47,157 bases of DNA from a virus (IMGVR_UViG_3300020045_002575:1-47157); one strand, 5' to 3'; shown: positions 27,732 to 36,560, counted from the stretch's first letter. The notes: generated by a model from the sequence alone, not told the origin. Numbers and translations are program-made.

Positions 27732-28038
27732 CGTCTTTTTGCGATTTTTTAATGGATTCCATCATTTCCGGGATGTTGTTGGACAACGCTTTTTTTGCCG
27801 TTTCATAAGACACCCCGAAAGTTGGTTCGTCTTGGTATTTAGACAATAAAAAGAATCCTTGGATCAGGTTGTACAACATAAAGATCCCAACGAAACAAAC
27901 AAAAAATATTTGTTCCCATTCCGAATCCTTCAACACGGCGAAAATCAACATTCCCGCCAATGCAAAAATCAAATTTGATACCCTGAATTCAATCAGGTTC
28001 AAAAGAACGTTTTTTCGATCATTGTTTTTTGTGTTCAT
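27715..28038 (-). CDS. Membrane protein with 2 TM helices (107 aa)
   Basis: Two hydrophobic helices. Confidence 0.7.
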   Translation of the reverse strand: MNTKNNDRKNVLLNLIEFRVSNLIFALAGMLIFAVLKDSEWEQIFFVCFVGIFMLYNLIQGFFLLSKYQDEPTFGVSYETAKKALSNNIPEMMESIKKSQKDDDGKV

Positions 28039-28039
28039 A

Positions 28040-28924
28040 TTATTCGATTTTTAAATTGTTGACAAAGTCTTTCAACTCTTTTTGATACACGATTCTTTCT
28101 TGGTTTTCCTGTTCGATCAATTCGTCGTACAAGTCCCGGTCGAAATATTTTTCAATGGCATCGTTGCACATTTCGATCAACTTTTCCGGGGCGACGGCGT
28201 CCAATTCCACTTGTCCCAATCCGTCCCAATTTGCCGTCCGAGAATCGGTCAATTTTGCCGGGGCGGGTGGCAATTCCCATTCGATGACTTGGTGTTCCAT
28301 CAATGCGACCCGGTCGATCTCGACGTCGATCCCGAAATCCAAAAGGTTTTGTTTGATGCTTCGCGGAATGTCTTCACCGCTTGGATCGTAGTCGCCGAAA
28401 TAAATGATCACCGGGACTTTGCCTTGGTCTTTCGCTTCCTTGAATCGTTTTCCGGTGTCGTTCAAGAAAGTCAAAGAAGGATAACCCTTGCACGCTCCCA
28501 ACGCGACGTCGTTTTCCTTGCACGGCTTTCCGAACACACCTTGCAACGCCTTTTTTTCGATGAAAACTTCAATATAATATCGTTGATTTTCCCAACGGTT
28601 TTTTTGATAGTTTTTCATCCACAACCCGACTTGCGTTTTTCCGGATTCGATTTCGTCATCCAAGATCGTTTCTTCGTATTTAGTGGAACCGATCATTTCG
28701 CGATCGTTATCCGAAAAGGCTTCGAAGTCGACGTCGCCGTCCCATCTTGCCTTGATCATCGCCGAAATTACGCGTTTGTAATGTTGGACGGTATTGGTCA
28801 TCCCTATCGCGACCAATTGATAATGAAGTCCACGCAACGTCAACATTCCGGGTTCATATCGTGAAACAATCTTGATCGCGTTTTCCGTGATCCAAGTCCT
28901 TGTGAATTTGTCTTTTTCCGCCAT
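28040..28924 (-). CDS. Topo VI-A/Spo11-like protein (WH + Toprim; Mini-A-like, 294 aa)
   Basis: TLRGLHYQLV (candidate catalytic Tyr), VFIEKKAL (Toprim Glu), KGYPS, YFGDYDPSG (DxD), ELDA. Confidence 0.75.
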   Translation of the reverse strand: MAEKDKFTRTWITENAIKIVSRYEPGMLTLRGLHYQLVAIGMTNTVQHYKRVISAMIKARWDGDVDFEAFSDNDREMIGSTKYEETILDDEIESGKTQVGLWMKNYQKNRWENQRYYIEVFIEKKALQGVFGKPCKENDVALGACKGYPSLTFLNDTGKRFKEAKDQGKVPVIIYFGDYDPSGEDIPRSIKQNLLDFGIDVEIDRVALMEHQVIEWELPPAPAKLTDSRTANWDGLGQVELDAVAPEKLIEMCNDAIEKYFDRDLYDELIEQENQERIVYQKELKDFVNNLKIE

Positions 28925-28925
28925 C

Positions 28926-30641
28926 TTAAAACTTGTTTATGTTGTTGATTTTTTCTTCCGAATATGCGATGAAATCTTTTTTCAATCCTTCAAAATAGCC
29001 TTTCATTTCCGCATTTTCAAACAATTCCGTGTCGAACTGGATGAATTCGTTTTGTATTTCAAGGATGAAAAGTTCCAATACTGTTTTGTCTTTCATCAAC
29101 AATTCTTGACGCTCATTTTCTTCCTTGTCGGCTTTTTTGGCGTTTTCCAAATAAACCACCAATTCGTCCATTTGTTCGTCGTCAACCATTTTCAATTGGT
29201 CAACAATCACGGAACATCCAAAACCGTCCCATTGATTTTCACCGGTGTCACCAACAAGTCCAATCGATTCAATTTTCTTGATTCTTTCTTTCAATGTTTC
29301 TTCCGCCTTTGCTTCGACTTCCAATTCCAATTTCGCTTCGTTGATTTCGTCGACGATCGTTTCGATGTCGTCTTCCTGATACAATCTTTCGTCGGTGATT
29401 GTCAACCCGAATCCAGTCCATTCCGTTCCCGTGTCTTCCGATTCGACTTCAACCATTCCCAATCCCAAAATGATTTTCGTTCTTGATTCCATAACGCTTT
29501 GCATCCTAATTTCTTCCGCTTGTTCCGCCTTGGTGATTTCGTCCGCCAACGCTTCCAATTTTTGGGTTAACGACGTTTCGACCCTTGTTTTCATTTTCAG
29601 GAATTCGGCTTCAAGTTCCGGCAAAACTTCCTGATCCAATGATTCTTTTATGTAGTTCGTGTTTTCCGCCATATTGTCCACGGTGATCCCGAAAACGATG
29701 TCCAACAATCCTTCGCGGACTTCGATGATCCTTTCGCGTTGTTCGGTGACTTCTTGTTGTTTGATCAAAGATATTTTTTCCGAAATCTTGGTCAACACTT
29801 TTTGTTTTTCCGCTTCCATTTTTTCGATAGACGCTTGGTCGAATTCCACGTCGCAACCGATCAATGTTTGAAAGATCCCGGACGTCATTTGTTTCAACAA
29901 TTTTTCGTCGATGGTTCCGTCTATTTCGTCAACAAGTTGTTGTCCGTCCACGATCATTTGGTTCAACTTGGATTCGATTTCCTTGGACAAATTTTCGATT
30001 CTTGTCGATTCCGCGTCCGTGATCAACTTGACGTTGTCTTCCATTTTTTTGGTCATTTCCACGATCATTTCATCAAAAAGGAAATCGAATTCCTGAAAGT
30101 CGAAAACGCTTGTCGTCAATAATCGGAACGCCAATTCATCGTCGACCAAGGTTGCGAAACTGGATCCGTCGATCGTTTCTTGCAAAACTCCTTTAACCCT
30201 TTCGATTTCGGTTTTTATGGCATCCGTGCGAATTCCTTCAAGTCGGTCGGCTTCGTCTTTTTCGGCTTGCAAAATAAGGTCATATCGATCGATTTCATCT
30301 TGTTGTAAGTCTTCCGGGGTTGTGGGAATGGCGACCAATTTGTCAATCGCGTCTTTCACGAAACTTTTTATTCCGTTGATCTTGGTCATCAAAATAGATT
30401 CCTGACTTTCCTTTTTCCCGGTGGTGCGAAGTTCCAATCTTGCGTTTTTCAAAACCGCTTTTCTTGACTTTGCCAAATTATACGATTCTTTGTCCACTAT
30501 CTCGACGAACGGGTTTTCCTTGACCAATTTTTTCAATTTTTGTTCCCATTCGTTGACGTGGATCAACTGGTTGTTGTCCACTTTCATCAAGTCAAATTTT
30601 TCCACTTTTGCTTGCGTTGTTGTTTGTTTTCTTGGTTTCAT
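28926..30641 (-). CDS. Acidic coiled-coil protein (571 aa) with C-terminal tandem repeat
   Basis: Heptad-rich and E/D-rich; no Walker motifs. Confidence 0.75.
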   Translation of the reverse strand: MKPRKQTTTQAKVEKFDLMKVDNNQLIHVNEWEQKLKKLVKENPFVEIVDKESYNLAKSRKAVLKNARLELRTTGKKESQESILMTKINGIKSFVKDAIDKLVAIPTTPEDLQQDEIDRYDLILQAEKDEADRLEGIRTDAIKTEIERVKGVLQETIDGSSFATLVDDELAFRLLTTSVFDFQEFDFLFDEMIVEMTKKMEDNVKLITDAESTRIENLSKEIESKLNQMIVDGQQLVDEIDGTIDEKLLKQMTSGIFQTLIGCDVEFDQASIEKMEAEKQKVLTKISEKISLIKQQEVTEQRERIIEVREGLLDIVFGITVDNMAENTNYIKESLDQEVLPELEAEFLKMKTRVETSLTQKLEALADEITKAEQAEEIRMQSVMESRTKIILGLGMVEVESEDTGTEWTGFGLTITDERLYQEDDIETIVDEINEAKLELEVEAKAEETLKERIKKIESIGLVGDTGENQWDGFGCSVIVDQLKMVDDEQMDELVVYLENAKKADKEENERQELLMKDKTVLELFILEIQNEFIQFDTELFENAEMKGYFEGLKKDFIAYSEEKINNINKF

Positions 30642-30777
30642 TTTTTGTTGATTTTAAATATTTAGGTAATTCATTTTTTAATTTGGATAAAGCGGTTATC
30701 CTTTCCGTTTTTGCCTTCGTGAATAGTCTAATGTAATTGATCAAACTTAACCACTTTATTTTTTCAAGCCTTGTCAT
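30592..30777 (-). CDS. Hypothetical protein (61 aa)
   Basis: Overlaps both neighbours. Confidence 0.5.
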   Translation of the reverse strand: MTRLEKIKWLSLINYIRLFTKAKTERITALSKLKNELPKYLKSTKNETKKTNNNASKSGKI

Positions 30778-31864
30778 TGTTGGCGATTATTAAGTTTTTC
30801 AACTTGTTTTTTGTTTCGATCGGGAAATCTTGATTCAACACCCAATTCAAATAACCGCGATCGTCCAAGACTGGTTGATCCTTGCATTTCCCGAACGCCC
30901 AAAACACGATTTCGTCTTTGATGTAGGTTTTACCGGCATAGTCGAAACGCTTTTGGTCGCCCTGACAAAATTCGTCAACCATCTTTGGCGTGAATCCGCC
31001 GTCAAAATCTTCGTGTTCCGCGAATATCTCGTATAGTTTCGTGAATTGGTATTGGAAAACGGTTTTCGTGGCTTGTGTGTCCGCCAATGCGTCGTGCGCC
31101 CCTTCCAATGATTCGCCGGTGTATCTTTTGAACGTTTCGCCCAACTTGTGGGAATTCACTTTTCTTTCGATTGTCAGGACGTCGATGAAAAACACTTCCC
31201 AATCCGGAAATTCAACATTTATCCGGGCGAATTCCTGAATCAACAACGGAACGTCGAAAGTGTCCGAATTGTAACCGGCGATGTCGCAACCTTCAAACGT
31301 TGCTTTCAATGCTTTGGCGATTTGCGGGAACGTCGGCGCGTCCTTCACCATTTCGTCCGTGATCCCGTGGACGTCCGTGGCTTCTTTCGGAATCGGAATT
31401 CCCGGATTGACCAATCTTGTTTTTTCTTCCGTGGATCCGTCCACGTTCGTTTTGACGATCGCGATTTGGACGATCTTGTCGGTTGAAATGTTCGTCCCGG
31501 TTGTTTCCAAGTCGAAAAAAATCAATGGTTTCAATAGTTTCATTTGCTCTTTTTTTATAAAATTGTTGTTCACTAAATCAACGATGTCGGCGGGAAAGTT
31601 TTTCGGTTTTTTCAACACCTTGGTTTTATATTCATTCAAGATTCTTTCCGTCTTTTCTTCCAACTTGTCTTGGAAACCGTCAATATAATTTTTTGCTTTT
31701 TTCAACGCGTCGGCTGGCAAAATAAAATTGAAATATTGTTCCCTCAATATGAATTCCTTCACGTCAAAATCTTTTATTATCTGAAAACCGCCACCGTTGA
31801 AAGTCTTGAAAATTAATTTGACGACATATCCTTTGTATTTTTGGCGGGATTGATTATAGTTCAT
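30764..31864 (-). CDS. DnaQ-like DEDDh 3'-5' exonuclease with a 107-aa N-terminal extension (internal start 31543)
   Basis: FFDLETTG, VHGI, GYNSDTFD, HDALAD; C-terminal FGK..GYLNWVL. Confidence 0.9.
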   Translation of the reverse strand: MNYNQSRQKYKGYVVKLIFKTFNGGGFQIIKDFDVKEFILREQYFNFILPADALKKAKNYIDGFQDKLEEKTERILNEYKTKVLKKPKNFPADIVDLVNNNFIKKEQMKLLKPLIFFDLETTGTNISTDKIVQIAIVKTNVDGSTEEKTRLVNPGIPIPKEATDVHGITDEMVKDAPTFPQIAKALKATFEGCDIAGYNSDTFDVPLLIQEFARINVEFPDWEVFFIDVLTIERKVNSHKLGETFKRYTGESLEGAHDALADTQATKTVFQYQFTKLYEIFAEHEDFDGGFTPKMVDEFCQGDQKRFDYAGKTYIKDEIVFWAFGKCKDQPVLDDRGYLNWVLNQDFPIETKNKLKNLIIANNDKA

Positions 31865-32099
31865 TTTTTTCCGATTTTAAAGTGAATAATTCTTTCACGA
31901 TCTTTTGGTTGGTGTAATTGAAGGCGGTTTGTTTTTGCCAGTTTTCGAACCCGGTGTTGATCGAAACGTTGACGCCGTGTTCGATGTGTTTGACGATCGT
32001 CCGGTTCAATATGGTTTTTTGAACCATTGGCGACAACTCCATAAATGTTTGGGTTTTCTTGATTTCGTCCCAACTGATTGAAATGTTTTTTTGTGACAT
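31854..32099 (-). CDS. Hypothetical protein (81 aa)
   Basis: ORF in the array. Confidence 0.65.
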   Translation of the reverse strand: MSQKNISISWDEIKKTQTFMELSPMVQKTILNRTIVKHIEHGVNVSINTGFENWQKQTAFNYTNQKIVKELFTLKSEKNEL

Positions 32100-32116
32100 T
32101 GCTTTGGTTTTTTTGG

Positions 32117-32437
32117 TTAATTGAATAGGTTTAATTGATCTTTAGGAAGACGGTTTTTTTGTTGTGTCAACGAATATTCCTTGGAAATCCATATCGACAC
32201 CGGCTTTCCGTGTCCCTGTCTTGCCTTGTATATCCCGAAACCGTGGCGTTTTATCAATCCAAGTTTGTGGATTTCCCGAACAATCGACCCAATGATCCTT
32301 TGTTCTTCCGGAATTCCCAACGCTTCAAACATCGCCGGTTTAAGGTCTTCCGACGTGAACGGTTTGAATTGCTTTTTAACCCATTCGACGGTGAATGAAT
32401 AGGCTTTTAAATAATAGTCTTGGTTTAAATTTTCCAC
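32117..32437 (-). CDS. Hypothetical protein, possible winged helix (106 aa, GTG start inside a hairpin loop)
   Basis: FTSEDL..IGSIVRE..KLGLIK; ends with QLNLF, a clamp-binding-like motif. Confidence 0.65.
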   Translation of the reverse strand: MENLNQDYYLKAYSFTVEWVKKQFKPFTSEDLKPAMFEALGIPEEQRIIGSIVREIHKLGLIKRHGFGIYKARQGHGKPVSIWISKEYSLTQQKNRLPKDQLNLFN

Positions 32438-32445
32438 GATTTAAA
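32424..32445 (-). repeat. Leader hairpin copy A (core TAAATTTTCCACGATTTA)
   Basis: 18-bp exact match to 36562-36579; 7-bp stem; mRNA loop CGUGGAAA contains the GUG start. Confidence 0.75.
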
Positions 32446-32455
32446 GTTTTAGTAT

Positions 32456-32475
32456 GACACCCGTTTCCGGGTGTC
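32456..32475. other. GC hairpin GACACCCG-GAAA-CGGGTGTC with no minus-strand U-tract
   Basis: Perfect 8-bp stem; the T-run is on the plus side only. Confidence 0.6.
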
Positions 32476-32485
32476 TTTTGGTTTC

Positions 32486-33019
32486 TTAATTGGTTTTTCT
32501 TGTGGTGGTGATGAATCGGAAATGTGGTTCAACCAACACGCCGTCAACCCAAATCAAACGGGCGTGAACCGTTTTGTCGCTTTTTGAAATGATGAATTCC
32601 AGTTTTGAACCGCGATCCTTGATCAATTCGACTTTGTAGTGCGCGTGTCCGAATCCTTCTTGAACCAAGGTGCGAACCAAACGATCCACTTTTTCGTCGA
32701 ATGATTTTTTGGCGTTGACGATCGTTTTCAAAGTGATCGTGGCGTCCAATTCCAATTCGCGTTTCAACAAGTCGATTCCGCGTTGGTATCTTTCAACAGT
32801 GTCGAACTTGTTGGCACGGTTGACAATGCGTGTCGGGAAATTCGCGATCAATTTTTCAAGTTGTTTGATCTTGTTGTTTCTTAATTTGAATTGAAAAGCA
32901 ACGGTCGAATTCAAATATTCGTTTTCAAAATCCAATAGTTTTCGTCTTAAATCTGAATTGATGTATTCGAAGTTTTGACGATCCCTTGTTTCTTGCGCTT
33001 TGTTGGTTTTAGCTTCCAT
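32486..33019 (-). CDS. Early hypothetical protein (177 aa, start MEAKTN)
   Basis: The track start at 33082 overlaps the promoter; ATG 33019 follows an (ACAA)n leader. Confidence 0.75.
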   Translation of the reverse strand: MEAKTNKAQETRDRQNFEYINSDLRRKLLDFENEYLNSTVAFQFKLRNNKIKQLEKLIANFPTRIVNRANKFDTVERYQRGIDLLKRELELDATITLKTIVNAKKSFDEKVDRLVRTLVQEGFGHAHYKVELIKDRGSKLEFIISKSDKTVHARLIWVDGVLVEPHFRFITTTRKTN

Positions 33020-33048
33020 TTTTGTGATTGTTTGTTTGTTTGTTGATG

Positions 33049-33079
33049 CAAATATACATTTAAAAATGTATTCACCAAA
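33049..33079 (-). promoter_or_regulatory. Early promoter 3 with palindromic operator (33054-33071)
   Basis: TTTG-N19-TATATTTG; ATACATTT-N2-AAATGTAT. Confidence 0.9.
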
Positions 33080-33099
33080 CATTTTTTAATTTATTTTCA

Positions 33100-33131
33100 T
33101 AAAAAAACACCCGACGCAAAGTGGGTGTTTT
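33100..33131 (-). terminator. Intrinsic terminator after ssb
   Basis: AAAACACCC...GGGTGTTTT plus T-run. Confidence 0.8.
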
Positions 33132-33142
33132 TGTTTTGATTG

Positions 33143-33589
33143 CTAAAACGGTAAATCGTCCGGTTCTTCTTGGTTTGCGTTTTCCGTCGTGGCTTTTTGC
33201 TTTGCTTCGTAGTCGTCGACCGCGCTTCCGGTGTTTGGCGGACTGGACGTTGTCGATTTCGGCGTCATAAAAGTCAGGTTTTCCGCGTTCAATTCCGTGA
33301 CGTATCTTTCGACATTGTTGGTGTCCGTCCATTTTCGCGTCCGCATCTTTCCGTCGATGCAAACTTTGTCGCCTTTCTTCAAGTACTTTTCACACAATTC
33401 CGCTTGTTTTCCACGGACGACGACATTGTGCCATTCGGTCAACGATTTTTTTTCGTTGGTGGTCTTGTCCGTCCAATGTTCCGTTGTGGCGACTGAAAAT
33501 TGCGCGACGATCCCGCCGTTGTCAAAACGTCGGACAACCGGATCACCGCCCAAATTTCCCACTATTATTATTTTTTGATAGGTTGACAT
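33143..33589 (-). CDS. ssb: Single-stranded DNA-binding protein
   Basis: VGNLGGDP, TEWHNVV, YLKKGDKVCIDGK, acidic DDLPF tail. Confidence 0.95.
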   Translation of the reverse strand: MSTYQKIIIVGNLGGDPVVRRFDNGGIVAQFSVATTEHWTDKTTNEKKSLTEWHNVVVRGKQAELCEKYLKKGDKVCIDGKMRTRKWTDTNNVERYVTELNAENLTFMTPKSTTSSPPNTGSAVDDYEAKQKATTENANQEEPDDLPF

Positions 33590-33590
33590 A

Positions 33591-33806
33591 TTACAGTTTT
33601 TTAATGTTCTTAAATTGTGAATTTCCGATTTGGTAAATTTTGTAAATCCAACCCGGCTTTTTTTTGATTGTTGCGTGTTTCCCGGACAACACCGAAACGG
33701 CTTCCGTGTATTCCATTATTTTCAAATATGCGACATCGCCTTTCGTGGAAACCAATTCCACGTCCTTCCCGTCAAGTGGCGAAACTATTTCTTTTTGTTT
33801 TGCCAT
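33591..33806 (-). CDS. Hypothetical protein (71 aa)
   Basis: ORF in the array. Confidence 0.65.
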   Translation of the reverse strand: MAKQKEIVSPLDGKDVELVSTKGDVAYLKIMEYTEAVSVLSGKHATIKKKPGWIYKIYQIGNSQFKNIKKL

Positions 33807-34279
33807 TATTTTCCGCCTTGGTGTAATTTACTCAATTGATATTCCTTGGACAATTCCGGGTTGTTTTCCAACTCCAAGTTGTGTTCGTGGCAACAAGGCG
33901 CGAACCATCTTTCGTCGATCGTCAATGGGACGTTGTTTTCCTTCGCCCAATCGTCCGCAAATCCTTTCCGTCCCTTTCGGTGTTCAACTGTGGTCGCCAA
34001 TTTTCCGCAACCCTTGATGAAACAAAATTTGTTTTCCGGGCGCGACAAAAATTGGATCCTTAAAACGGAATATTTGGCAAGGATCACGGCTTGTTTCTTG
34101 GAAACCTTGTTGATCGGTTTTCGCGGTTTAATCGCGTTCCAGTCGATCACTTTTTTGGGTTTTGGATCCGTGCATTTCCTTTGACATTCCGGCGAACAAA
34201 ATTTGTCGGTTGTCTTGTACAACTTGAATTCGTTGTCGCAATCGGGATTGGCGCAAATCTTGTGTGTTTTTGGTTTCAT
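33806..34279 (-). CDS. NinG/HNH-like zinc-binding nuclease-like protein (157 aa)
   Basis: CANPDC..FCSPEC; C..C..EHRKGR..PCCHEHN. Confidence 0.6.
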   Translation of the reverse strand: MKPKTHKICANPDCDNEFKLYKTTDKFCSPECQRKCTDPKPKKVIDWNAIKPRKPINKVSKKQAVILAKYSVLRIQFLSRPENKFCFIKGCGKLATTVEHRKGRKGFADDWAKENNVPLTIDERWFAPCCHEHNLELENNPELSKEYQLSKLHQGGK

Positions 34280-34282
34280 AAT

Positions 34283-34306
34283 TAAAAACCGGGACTTTCG
34301 CCCCGG
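34283..34306 (-). terminator. Intrinsic terminator (GAAA loop)
   Basis: CCGGGGC-GAAA-GTCCCGG-TTTTT. Confidence 0.7.
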
Positions 34307-34316
34307 ATTAAGTTTA

Positions 34317-35084
34317 TTAGATCAATTCCGGTTCGCCGTCCTTGGTTTCAATTTCTTCGATCGTTTCGACGTCCTGATCCTTGAACAAAGGTTTTTTCCC
34401 TTTCAACTTCTTTTGGGTTGCCGGATCAAGTTTTGATTTTCCTTCACCCAATAATTCCGGGATGACGAACAAATCAGGGTTTTCCACTTTTTCGATTTCC
34501 GTGTTGACATCCAATTGTAATTTTTTGGACTGGAATCGATATTGGTACACTTCCGATTTTATTTGCTCGCAAATTTCCTGAACTTCTTGTTCATATCCCA
34601 ACTTGTCGGATCCAAACGTGATTTTCGGAACTGCCAATCCAAACGAACCGCCATTTGGAACTGCCAAAGATCCGGTGATCGAAACGCCATAGGTTTCACC
34701 TTCACCCATAAAAGTCAATCCGTTGACGTTGCAACGACCCAACGTTTCTTTGTGTCCGTCCAACGCAATTTTCAATAACTCCAAATCGCCTTTCAGGTTT
34801 TCACGGGAAAAGTCCCATCCTTGCAACAATCCAAGACGCGTCGCCATATACAATTTCAATTCGTCCATTTTCTTTTTCAAGTCCGGATGTGGTTGCGATT
34901 CGCCCGTCTTGGTGTTCCCGCCCGGATCGTCGCCGGATTCGTGGTGGGTGACGTCCACGCCGTCTTTGGTGATCTTGAATTTTATCAAGTCGAATTCTTG
35001 ATATTCTATCGTTCGGCGACGTTGTACGTCGTGCGGTTTTCGATCCGTCCTTCCCTTGCCTTTCGGCTTTTCTTCATTTTCCAT
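34317..35084 (-). CDS. Hypothetical protein (255 aa)
   Basis: Long ORF with an A-rich leader. Confidence 0.75.
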   Translation of the reverse strand: MENEEKPKGKGRTDRKPHDVQRRRTIEYQEFDLIKFKITKDGVDVTHHESGDDPGGNTKTGESQPHPDLKKKMDELKLYMATRLGLLQGWDFSRENLKGDLELLKIALDGHKETLGRCNVNGLTFMGEGETYGVSITGSLAVPNGGSFGLAVPKITFGSDKLGYEQEVQEICEQIKSEVYQYRFQSKKLQLDVNTEIEKVENPDLFVIPELLGEGKSKLDPATQKKLKGKKPLFKDQDVETIEEIETKDGEPELI

Positions 35085-35099
35085 TTTTAAAGTATTAAA

Positions 35100-35303
35100 T
35101 TAATTATTTATTTTAAATTTCCCGAAATTGATCACCGAATGAAAAACAACATAATTCAATGCGGAATAATAGTTCCCGTTTTTGGAAAAATGTTCCTTGA
35201 ACAATGTCATTTGTTTCGCCAAATCAATTTTGACGTTCCTTGTCGACATTTCTTTTTTAATGTCTTCAATTATCTTTTCCCGGTTTTCGGTCAAAAAATC
35301 CAT
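35100..35303 (-). CDS. Hypothetical protein (67 aa)
   Basis: ORF in the array. Confidence 0.6.
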   Translation of the reverse strand: MDFLTENREKIIEDIKKEMSTRNVKIDLAKQMTLFKEHFSKNGNYYSALNYVVFHSVINFGKFKINN

Positions 35304-35305
35304 TT

Positions 35306-35683
35306 TTATTTTTTATGGTTTAATGTTTTTTGCAATTGCGATTCCATCGCATCGTAAACCATCGTGATCGAATTGATTCTTTGTTTCAATGATTCCATAA
35401 AACGACGACATTCCAATTCGTTTTCCGCGACGTGATACCCTTTCCCGGTGGCGACTAAGTTGAAGACAAGTCCATTCGTCCGGATGTAGTTGACCACTTT
35501 TCGAAAACGCGCCGGATCAATTTTCAATCCGGATTCCTTCATTTGCTTCATTGCCTTGGTCGACGTGATCGCCTTTTTGCACCCAACACGGGAACGAAAT
35601 CCCGCAACCATCCTTGGAACCAATACGTTCAATTCGTAGTCGGTCAATTCGTGTGTTTGATCTTCGAAGTCCGTCACCATCAC
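35306..35683 (-). CDS. Putative winged-helix DNA-binding protein (125 aa)
   Basis: AITS..RFRKVVNYIR..LVATGKGY pattern. Confidence 0.6.
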   Translation of the reverse strand: MMVTDFEDQTHELTDYELNVLVPRMVAGFRSRVGCKKAITSTKAMKQMKESGLKIDPARFRKVVNYIRTNGLVFNLVATGKGYHVAENELECRRFMESLKQRINSITMVYDAMESQLQKTLNHKK

Positions 35684-35892
35684 TTTTCGGATTTAAGTTT
35701 GACAATGTCCAAGGCGACCGGTTTCATCGACCCGAAATCGTTAAAATGGAATTGTTCTATTTCCGCTTCGTTGTCTTCCTTCGCCTTGATCTTTTCGACC
35801 GTTTTTTCAGCATCTTTGAACGCTTTTTCGGCGTCTTCACCGTAACAATAAAACGTCACGGTCGCAATATATCTTTTTGTTAAATTTCCCAT
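35680..35892 (-). CDS. Hypothetical protein (70 aa)
   Basis: ORF in the array. Confidence 0.6.
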   Translation of the reverse strand: MGNLTKRYIATVTFYCYGEDAEKAFKDAEKTVEKIKAKEDNEAEIEQFHFNDFGSMKPVALDIVKLKSEK

Positions 35893-35893
35893 A

Positions 35894-36100
35894 TTAAATC
35901 AATTTTATTTTATCAAATTTTACTAAAAATTTACAGTCAAAGTCGGCAGTAATAACAACACCAAATTTTTCAATACTATCAATTTTAAATGAATTTAATT
36001 CGAACGGAAAATGTCTTTTCAAATCCTTTAAAATACTTTTTTCTAAAACTGAAACACGCTTGTCTTCCATCATTGCGTTGAACGCTTCTATTGCTTCCAT
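35894..36100 (-). CDS. Hypothetical protein (68 aa), AT-rich
   Basis: ORF in the array. Confidence 0.6.
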   Translation of the reverse strand: MEAIEAFNAMMEDKRVSVLEKSILKDLKRHFPFELNSFKIDSIEKFGVVITADFDCKFLVKFDKIKLI

Positions 36101-36104
36101 TAAA

Positions 36105-36545
36105 TTATTGATTATCTTGATCTATTCCGCCCGGCATCGTGTCCCAATCCGGTTCGTTGGTTTCTTGGTGGTCGCAATTTGGGTTTTCACACTTCCAGTC
36201 CGTCCAAGTACACGCCCCGGATCCGTCTTCAATTGGATCCATTTCACAACCGCATTCCGGACAATGGTGTTCGGATCCGTCGCCCCAAACATAAATCGAC
36301 TTTAACAATTCCGGAATTTCCTTGTTCGTGTTTCCGGGAAATATTAATTCGATGAAATCTTTTATTTCCCAACCGTTCAAATCCAATATTTCTTGGATCG
36401 TCTTTCCATAGTCGAAATAATGTTGTTCGATCAATTGTTCGTGAACTAATACCCAAATGATTTTGTCTTCAAGGTCGCGCCCATTTAATCCGGTTGCCGT
36501 TGACAACACGCGAAAAGGATCGTTTTGTTTGATTGTTGTGTTCAT
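36105..36545 (-). CDS. Zinc-ribbon protein (146 aa)
   Basis: CPECG...WKCENPNC. Confidence 0.7.
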   Translation of the reverse strand: MNTTIKQNDPFRVLSTATGLNGRDLEDKIIWVLVHEQLIEQHYFDYGKTIQEILDLNGWEIKDFIELIFPGNTNKEIPELLKSIYVWGDGSEHHCPECGCEMDPIEDGSGACTWTDWKCENPNCDHQETNEPDWDTMPGGIDQDNQ

Positions 36546-36560
36546 ATTTTTGTTTGTTTG

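Noticed and set aside
28040-30641. Wadjet (JetCD)-like or SMC system
   Set aside because: The coiled-coil protein has no Walker A/B or signature motif, and there are no JetA/B-like genes
32430-32439. GGA-loop hairpins as CsrA/RsmA sites
   Set aside because: The loop is GUGGA rather than ANGGA, and no CsrA-like gene is evident in the phage
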